A DNA stretch of 42,726 nt. Origin: a virus (lineage: Duplodnaviria > Caudoviricetes). The position numbers and the translations under genes were made by a program. Where the stretch lies: the IMG/VR virus record IMGVR_UViG_3300005323_000364, positions 1 through 42,726 of that record; one strand, 5' to 3'. The notes under the pieces were generated by a model. It did not search any database. It worked only from the letters and a program-made list of their open reading frames with translations, and was not told where the DNA came from. Of this stretch, positions 37,131-42,726 are shown piece by piece. How positions within the stretch are numbered: the stretch's first letter is position 1; every line of letters begins with the position of its first letter.

Positions 37131-38660
37131 GTGACCGGATATTCGTTGATTGTCGATGGTGTTGACTATACCGATTCCAAAGTCATCAACCTGACGATCC
37201 GGGACCGACTCAATCAACTCCCCCGGTTCGATTTTCGAGCGCACTCGCTGAACGCAACCGATCTCACGCACTTCCGGGCGGGCGCAACCGTCGTCCTCAA
37301 GTATAACGACATCACGCGCTGCGAGGGGTTCATAGAACGCTTCGACAACCAGCAATCGAACCATTACTACGACTGCACGGGATACGGTGTCGGGCACTAT
37401 CTCGACTATCGCCGATCCGATGTTCCCACTCTGTATCCGGTTGGTGTACAGGGCGAGAACACGGTGAAGGACATTATCACCTACATTGTCAACACGTCCT
37501 GCGGATTTCCGACAGTCGGCAACACCTCGTGGACGATAGAGGGTGACGGTGGTCCCGATCTTCTCATTTATAAAATACAGAACCAGAAGGCGATGGAGCA
37601 TATCGCTCAACTCGTCCAACTCGCGGACATGGACTGGTCATGTGCGATGGCGACATCCACCTCGGGATACGTCCTCACGCTCAACCCGGAACCGACAACC
37701 CACACCGCAACCACCCTGAAGATCAACCGCGACATCATCAAACCCGAGATCGTTACGGACATGTCGAAGGTGTCCAACAACATCGTCATCCAGTCGAAAG
37801 ATTACTTCGGAAACACGATTCTATCGAATATAGGAGATTATACGAATGTCTGCACCGTCGCCAGTTCGGAAACCCTTCTCAAGTATGACGCTCAGTCTGG
37901 GACTACCCTGCTTTACGTATGGGATCACGCGGACTTCCCCTCCACCGGTTCGCTCTACGTTTCCACCGAAGTTGTCGAATATGACGGAAAGTCAACTCCT
38001 GCAAGTGATTTCCACCCGCACTTCTACGGACTCACGACGACAGCGACCCACACCGCCTACGAACCCGTTCTGTTCCGAGACGGATTCTACATAACGGGGG
38101 CCACAGCGCCGTTTATAGACGCATCCTCCGGAACGATCCAGGTGGGGCGAGAGGAGATATCGTATGCGAGTGTTTACAGCGTTGACGCGACCACTGCGTG
38201 CGTCTCAGGGACACTTACGAGAGGGGCGAACTACTACGCACATGGGCGAGAAGCACCTGTCTTCGATATGACATACACGCTCTCGTCACCTGCATCGACA
38301 ACGAGCGTCGCAACATTCGGAAGAAAAGACGAGGTGATCTCGGGACTGGGTTACCAAGACACAAATTCCCTCGATCTCGCTGCATTTGGAGTGCTCCAGA
38401 GGAAGTGTGGGTTCCCGACATGGGGACAGGCGGTGATTGTCGGCGGAGACTTCCCAACAACGTTCGCAACAACACCGAAAGTGGGCGATTATGTCTACAT
38501 CGAGGACGCGACAACGACGGCGACGACGATGTATCGCATCACCGGGTTGGATTACGATCAGATGCGCGGACAGATCACCATCAACTGGGGACAGAACGAG
38601 GAGTTCGCGCTATCGGATCTCAAGAAGGCGGACATCGCGCAGAACCAGGCGATGTCGTAA
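37131..38660 (+). CDS. Tail-tip hub / Tal-like protein, copy A
   Basis: Position after Dit; NNIVIQ, ATFG and KVGDYVYI...YRITGLDY motifs of gp27-like hubs. Confidence 0.7.
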   Translation: MTGYSLIVDGVDYTDSKVINLTIRDRLNQLPRFDFRAHSLNATDLTHFRAGATVVLKYNDITRCEGFIERFDNQQSNHYYDCTGYGVGHYLDYRRSDVPTLYPVGVQGENTVKDIITYIVNTSCGFPTVGNTSWTIEGDGGPDLLIYKIQNQKAMEHIAQLVQLADMDWSCAMATSTSGYVLTLNPEPTTHTATTLKINRDIIKPEIVTDMSKVSNNIVIQSKDYFGNTILSNIGDYTNVCTVASSETLLKYDAQSGTTLLYVWDHADFPSTGSLYVSTEVVEYDGKSTPASDFHPHFYGLTTTATHTAYEPVLFRDGFYITGATAPFIDASSGTIQVGREEISYASVYSVDATTACVSGTLTRGANYYAHGREAPVFDMTYTLSSPASTTSVATFGRKDEVISGLGYQDTNSLDLAAFGVLQRKCGFPTWGQAVIVGGDFPTTFATTPKVGDYVYIEDATTTATTMYRITGLDYDQMRGQITINWGQNEEFALSDLKKADIAQNQAMS

Positions 38661-38733
38661 CGGACGGAGTAGGGCTCGAACCTACAACCTTTGCATTAAC
38701 AGTGCAGCGCGCTACCAATTGCGCCATCCGTCC
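38661..38733 (-). tRNA. tRNA-Asn (GTT)
   Basis: Cloverleaf GGACGGA/TCCGTCC, D-arm GCGC, loop CTGTTAA, T-arm GTAGG-TTCGAGC-CCTAC, discriminator G; no encoded CCA. Confidence 0.93.
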
Positions 38734-38737
38734 AATA

Positions 38738-38860
38738 ATCCGGGAGGGGGGAGTTTCACCCCACATTCGTGCAAGTTACCAAAAACTTACATGAAACCGA
38801 CGTTTGCAACCGCCGTGCATGACTCCGCACTAGCAACGGGCACACATGCTTCTCCCCGAT
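38738..38860 (-). ncRNA. Enlarged tRNA-like RNA (GCA-centred loop) upstream of tRNA-Asn
   Basis: Closing stem plus four arms in tRNA order; own TATA box. Confidence 0.6.
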
Positions 38861-38877
38861 ATTAATTATCACTGTAA

Positions 38878-38895
38878 CCTATATATAATTTTCAT
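38878..38895 (-). promoter_or_regulatory. BRE/TATA promoter for the RNA cassette
   Basis: Minus strand GAAAATTATATATAGG about 25 nt upstream of 38860; resembles the 6162-6175 promoter. Confidence 0.65.
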
Positions 38896-38933
38896 AACGA
38901 ATCTATTATAATAGCGAACGAGGCGGTTTTGAA

Positions 38934-40319
38934 GTGAGCATGGACGCGGCGTGGAAGGTATATGTACAGGATCGCCGGTTCGATGATAACCAGATATCGA
39001 ATCTCTACCTGAAACTCAAGTATGAGACAGTCGGTAGATTCTCGTTCGACTTCCGCCCTATCGACGGCGACGAGTCCTACATGGTTGTTGGGAACACGCT
39101 CCGTGTTTTCTGGGGAGATTTACATAAACTCGACGGCGTGATCCAGCGGCGGGACTGGGACGAGAAGCAGTTCTGTTATCACATCTACGGCGCGGATATT
39201 CGCGGACTCCTGTTGGACAGAGTCAATACCGAACCCGCAACGGTTCACTCCTATACATCCGATATCACCACGACACTGATGTACGAGGGATGCGACTTTC
39301 CTTCGAACATATGGACTGGGGCGGGAGAGAACATCGGAAAATACACATTTCGCTATCGCCTCGGGATTCAGAACACGATCCGCATTACGACTGCAACCGT
39401 CCGGTGGGAGATGGTTACGGAACGCGGAACGGTCTACGAGCACGTCAACAAGTGCCTTTTTGACGCAACGAAGAACTGGACGCCGGGAGAACTGAAGGGT
39501 GCAACGCTCAGATTCGTCTCGGGTGCATGTAAGAACAATGTGTATAACATCATCGGGAACGCGACGAACAGGGTGTGCCTCGGTATCCGTTCCGCTACCT
39601 GTGATGAATACACGATGGTGGGAACGCTCTGGTATGCGGACATTGTAGAGAACGGCGGGTTCGAGGACAGCACGACGGACTTCTCACCCTGGTGGGTGGA
39701 ATACCGGGGAGCGTCATATGCAACGGCGAGTGTCGATTCGTCCGTGTCCTACGAGGGGACGAACAGTCTCAAGACAAACGTGAGTATGCCGTATGTCCCC
39801 GGACCAACGCACCTGGTTATATCGACACCCACTGCGAACCTGACGGCGGGGGCGAACTTCGAGTTCAAATATAGATATTCTCATGTCGCTGGTGGCGGTG
39901 GTGGGAACTTCGTCATATCACAGATATCCGCCGGAAACTCCATTACACTCCTTCAGTTATCTGGACTGGGTGCGAACAATCCATCGTGGCCGGGATGGGA
40001 TGTGGCGACAGCGACGGTTGCGAACTCGGGGTTGTCACATATCGGCATCACGACAACCGCGATTGGTGGATTCTGTAACATCACCGGATGGTTCGATAAC
40101 ATCACCATGGGATCTGCAACGAGTGAGAATCCCTGCGGGTTCGTTCCCGGTTGTTCTCGGCGGGGGGACATCTACGAGATCATCCGTCCCAAGATGATAC
40201 TGGTAGAACCTCCGTCTCTCGTCCCCGCGACACTGGAGCACGACAACCACGCCATCCAGTATAACAACGTCGATGACCAGTCGGCGCATACGACATCGAT
40301 CACTATACGGGGCGCGTGA
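38934..40319 (+). CDS. Tail-tip hub paralogue B, N-terminal part with an inserted carbohydrate-binding-like domain
   Basis: N-terminus aligns by eye with the 37131 gene; IVENGGFE...WFDNI CBM-like insert. Confidence 0.7.
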   Translation: MSMDAAWKVYVQDRRFDDNQISNLYLKLKYETVGRFSFDFRPIDGDESYMVVGNTLRVFWGDLHKLDGVIQRRDWDEKQFCYHIYGADIRGLLLDRVNTEPATVHSYTSDITTTLMYEGCDFPSNIWTGAGENIGKYTFRYRLGIQNTIRITTATVRWEMVTERGTVYEHVNKCLFDATKNWTPGELKGATLRFVSGACKNNVYNIIGNATNRVCLGIRSATCDEYTMVGTLWYADIVENGGFEDSTTDFSPWWVEYRGASYATASVDSSVSYEGTNSLKTNVSMPYVPGPTHLVISTPTANLTAGANFEFKYRYSHVAGGGGGNFVISQISAGNSITLLQLSGLGANNPSWPGWDVATATVANSGLSHIGITTTAIGGFCNITGWFDNITMGSATSENPCGFVPGCSRRGDIYEIIRPKMILVEPPSLVPATLEHDNHAIQYNNVDDQSAHTTSITIRGA

Positions 40320-41551
40320 TGCAGACCACCATCTCCCTTACAGGTGCAGTCGCCACCCTCCTGAATCGAGATGCAATGCTGAACGCCACCGCGTCTGCGG
40401 GTTCAACTGTCCTGAATATCGGTGACGCCTACATGGACAGGGGGACGAACACGGTCGTCGTCTTCGCTATGGGTACCCCGATCTCAGTCGGAACCGAACC
40501 CGCGACGGTTGCATCGATACAGTCCGCATCGACAATTGCCGTAACGTCGAACCTGATCTACGATCATCCCATCTACACCCCCGTCTTCAGGTTGGACCAC
40601 TTCGACATCTCCACCACGTTCCCCACGTTGACCGCACCAGGAACGATCCGTGTTGGTATGGAGGAGGTTTCGTTCTCGTCTGTCGACTACGCATCAACCC
40701 ATTGTCGCTGCTGGATCGATTCGCGCGGAGACGCCTACCCCCATACCGAATGGGCGCCGGTGACCGATGCATCGTTCACGGTAGATGCACCGGCAACCGA
40801 TTCTCCCATTGCGACATACGGGGTGGTTGAGGACGTCGACTATCATCACGGTGCAATGGATCAGAACACGCTCGATCTGTATGCATATGAGAAACTGATG
40901 GCGGCGACACAACCCCAGTATGGGAATGTGAAGTTGACGGGGATGGATGTCTGGCAGGACGCGACATACGCCCACAAGAAGGACATTACCTACTACGTTG
41001 ATACTGCAACATCGTTCGCAACGGTTCGGTTTCACGTCTACACCTCCACTGGAACGGACAGTGCAACGGGCGTGTATATCGGAGATACAATTCAGAAGAC
41101 ATGGTGGGACATACGGTTTCAGACGGATGTTGATGCGTCATACTATCTCGCCACATTCGGGACGCAGAGCGCGACAGTCTGGTTGAAGATAAAAGATCCT
41201 GCAACGGGAGGCGCGACACTCTCGATGTATTACGGTTCTCCTATCGCCATCGACTCCACGACGAGCGCGACACCGATTGGTTATACCGTCGCAACGCTCG
41301 GGACATGGGGTGCGGTATCGACTGCGACACACTCCATCGGAGATCGCGGATATGCAACCGTACGCGAGGGGGATCTGGTGACGGTTATCGAGACAGACGG
41401 CGCATCGCGGAACTATAACGTCTCGGGGATGATCTACGATCAGCGAGCGGGAACCCTCACAATCGACATCGGGAAACCCGAGGAATACGGTATTACACAG
41501 TTGGCGAAACCGTTCAGGACACTCGACATTCACTCGACGCAGAATCTCTAG
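40316..41551 (+). CDS. Tail-tip hub paralogue B, C-terminal part with a DUF2341-like insert
   Basis: C-terminus aligns by eye with the 37131 gene; WDIRF...ATVWLK...MYYG insert. Confidence 0.7.
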   Translation: MMQTTISLTGAVATLLNRDAMLNATASAGSTVLNIGDAYMDRGTNTVVVFAMGTPISVGTEPATVASIQSASTIAVTSNLIYDHPIYTPVFRLDHFDISTTFPTLTAPGTIRVGMEEVSFSSVDYASTHCRCWIDSRGDAYPHTEWAPVTDASFTVDAPATDSPIATYGVVEDVDYHHGAMDQNTLDLYAYEKLMAATQPQYGNVKLTGMDVWQDATYAHKKDITYYVDTATSFATVRFHVYTSTGTDSATGVYIGDTIQKTWWDIRFQTDVDASYYLATFGTQSATVWLKIKDPATGGATLSMYYGSPIAIDSTTSATPIGYTVATLGTWGAVSTATHSIGDRGYATVREGDLVTVIETDGASRNYNVSGMIYDQRAGTLTIDIGKPEEYGITQLAKPFRTLDIHSTQNL

Positions 41552-41582
41552 AAGATTTATATGAATCCCGATCATACGCTAT

Positions 41583-41670
41583 AGTAAGGGCAAGGGGCAT
41601 GTCTGCTCTGGCATTACTGCGTACCCTATCTGTTTAGTCCGGTGTGGGAACCGGACGCACAACTCCATTT
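41583..41670 (+). ncRNA. Candidate small structured RNA
   Basis: TTTATAT box at 41556-41562, two stem-loop domains, and a separate TATA-like box for gmd downstream. Confidence 0.35.
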
Positions 41671-41706
41671 CGATGCTTTTATCTTTACTGTCGTAGATTA
41701 TTCTCT

Positions 41707-42726
41707 ATGTCGGTGAAATCCGCTTTCATCACTGGGATCACGGGACAGGACGGTTCGTATCTCGCCGAGTTCCTGTTGTCGAAGGGATATGACGTATATG
41801 GGATGGTTCGACGTTCGTCAACTACGAACACATCTCGAATCGACCATATCCTGAAGGACATTACGGTTGTGTATGGCGATATGACTGACTCGGCAACGAT
41901 GTCGGACATCATCTCGCTCAAACCGGATGAAGTCTACAATCTCGCGGCACAGTCTCATGTCGGTGCGTCGTTCCAGATGCCCGAATATACCGGGAATGTT
42001 ACTGGACTGGGAACAACGAGACTCCTCGAAGCGATCTACGAGATCAGTCCTGATACCAAGTTCTATCAGGCATCGTCCTCGGAACTGTTCGGGAACGCAC
42101 CTGCACCCCAGAACGAACTAACACCGATGCACCCTCGCTCTCCCTACGCGATTGCGAAACTATACGCTTACTGGATGGTGCGGAACTATCGAGAACGCGG
42201 ACTGTTTGCGGTGAACGGGATCGCGTTTAACCACGAATCGCCACGCAGGGGGGAACAGTTCGTCACCCGGAAGATCACGAAGAGCATTGCGCGTATCCTC
42301 GCAGGGAAACAGGAGAAGATCGTTCTTGGGAATCTCGACGCACAGCGGGACTGGGGGTTCGCTCCCGATTACGTCGAGGCAATGTGGAAGATGCTTCAGG
42401 CACCCGAACCCATTGATTATGTTCTTGGAACGGGATGGTCGGTGTCCGTGAGAGGATTTCTGAAGAACGCACTCGATTATTCTGGTTTGAGATACAACGT
42501 CATTGAAACGTCTTCGAGAAACGATCGGCCGACAGAGGTTGACACGTTGTGGGCGGATTGTCATCGTGCATACAAACACATTGGGTTTAATCCAACCATA
42601 CAGCACGAAGACATTGTGAAGATCATGGTTGATGCGGACATGCGCGCGGAGGGACTGGAACCTATCGGAGAAGGTGATGCAATCATCGCACAGAGGCATC
42701 CGAATAAGTGGTGGCATGGAGATTAG
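41707..42726 (+). CDS. gmd: GDP-mannose 4,6-dehydratase
   Basis: ITGITGQDGSYLAE, YNLAAQSHV, YQASSSELFG, PRSPYAIAK, FNHESPRRG and RDWG motifs. Confidence 0.96.
   Translation: MSVKSAFITGITGQDGSYLAEFLLSKGYDVYGMVRRSSTTNTSRIDHILKDITVVYGDMTDSATMSDIISLKPDEVYNLAAQSHVGASFQMPEYTGNVTGLGTTRLLEAIYEISPDTKFYQASSSELFGNAPAPQNELTPMHPRSPYAIAKLYAYWMVRNYRERGLFAVNGIAFNHESPRRGEQFVTRKITKSIARILAGKQEKIVLGNLDAQRDWGFAPDYVEAMWKMLQAPEPIDYVLGTGWSVSVRGFLKNALDYSGLRYNVIETSSRNDRPTEVDTLWADCHRAYKHIGFNPTIQHEDIVKIMVDADMRAEGLEPIGEGDAIIAQRHPNKWWHGD

Noticed and set aside
38661-38733. tRNA-Asn as an integration (att) site marking a provirus edge
   Set aside because: Full-length tRNA flanked by viral tail genes on both sides, with no duplicated 3' fragment or integrase seen
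23070-41551. Diversity-generating retroelement or invertible tail-fibre system
   Set aside because: No reverse transcriptase or recombinase and no near-identical template/variable repeat pair seen; the hub paralogues are similar only at protein level
41644-41706. Upstream GTG start for gmd given in the ORF track
   Set aside because: Gmd homology begins at MSVKSAFITG (41707), and a TATA-like box lies inside the extension

Overview
A 42.7 kb segment of an archaeal tailed virus (Caudoviricetes, siphovirus-like). The likely host is a methanogen, probably Methanomicrobiales; this is inferred from archaeal TATA/BRE promoters with leaderless starts, GAGGTGA Shine-Dalgarno sites and a small stand-alone NrdD-C-terminal gene. 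Bases 1-14.4 kb are dense minus-strand small genes: early or host-takeover genes, an acidic Ocr-like candidate, a DUF1064 nuclease, an AAA_28 NTPase, dCTP deaminase and a glycyl-radical microprotein. A ~0.8 kb repeat-rich non-coding block and a long structured leader interrupt them. Bases 14.4-41.6 kb are the plus-strand morphogenesis operon: TerL, phosphoesterase, portal, collagen fibre, protease/scaffold, HK97-type capsid, neck, tail tube, chaperone with a +1 frameshift, tape measure, Dit and two paralogous tail-tip hub loci. Two antisense islands interrupt it: a hairpin/G-quadruplex island and a tRNA-Asn plus an enlarged tRNA-like RNA. The window ends in GDP-mannose 4,6-dehydratase. No polymerase, helicase, integrase, reverse transcriptase or CRISPR array was seen. 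All calls are by-eye motif recognition; no searches or folding programs were run.
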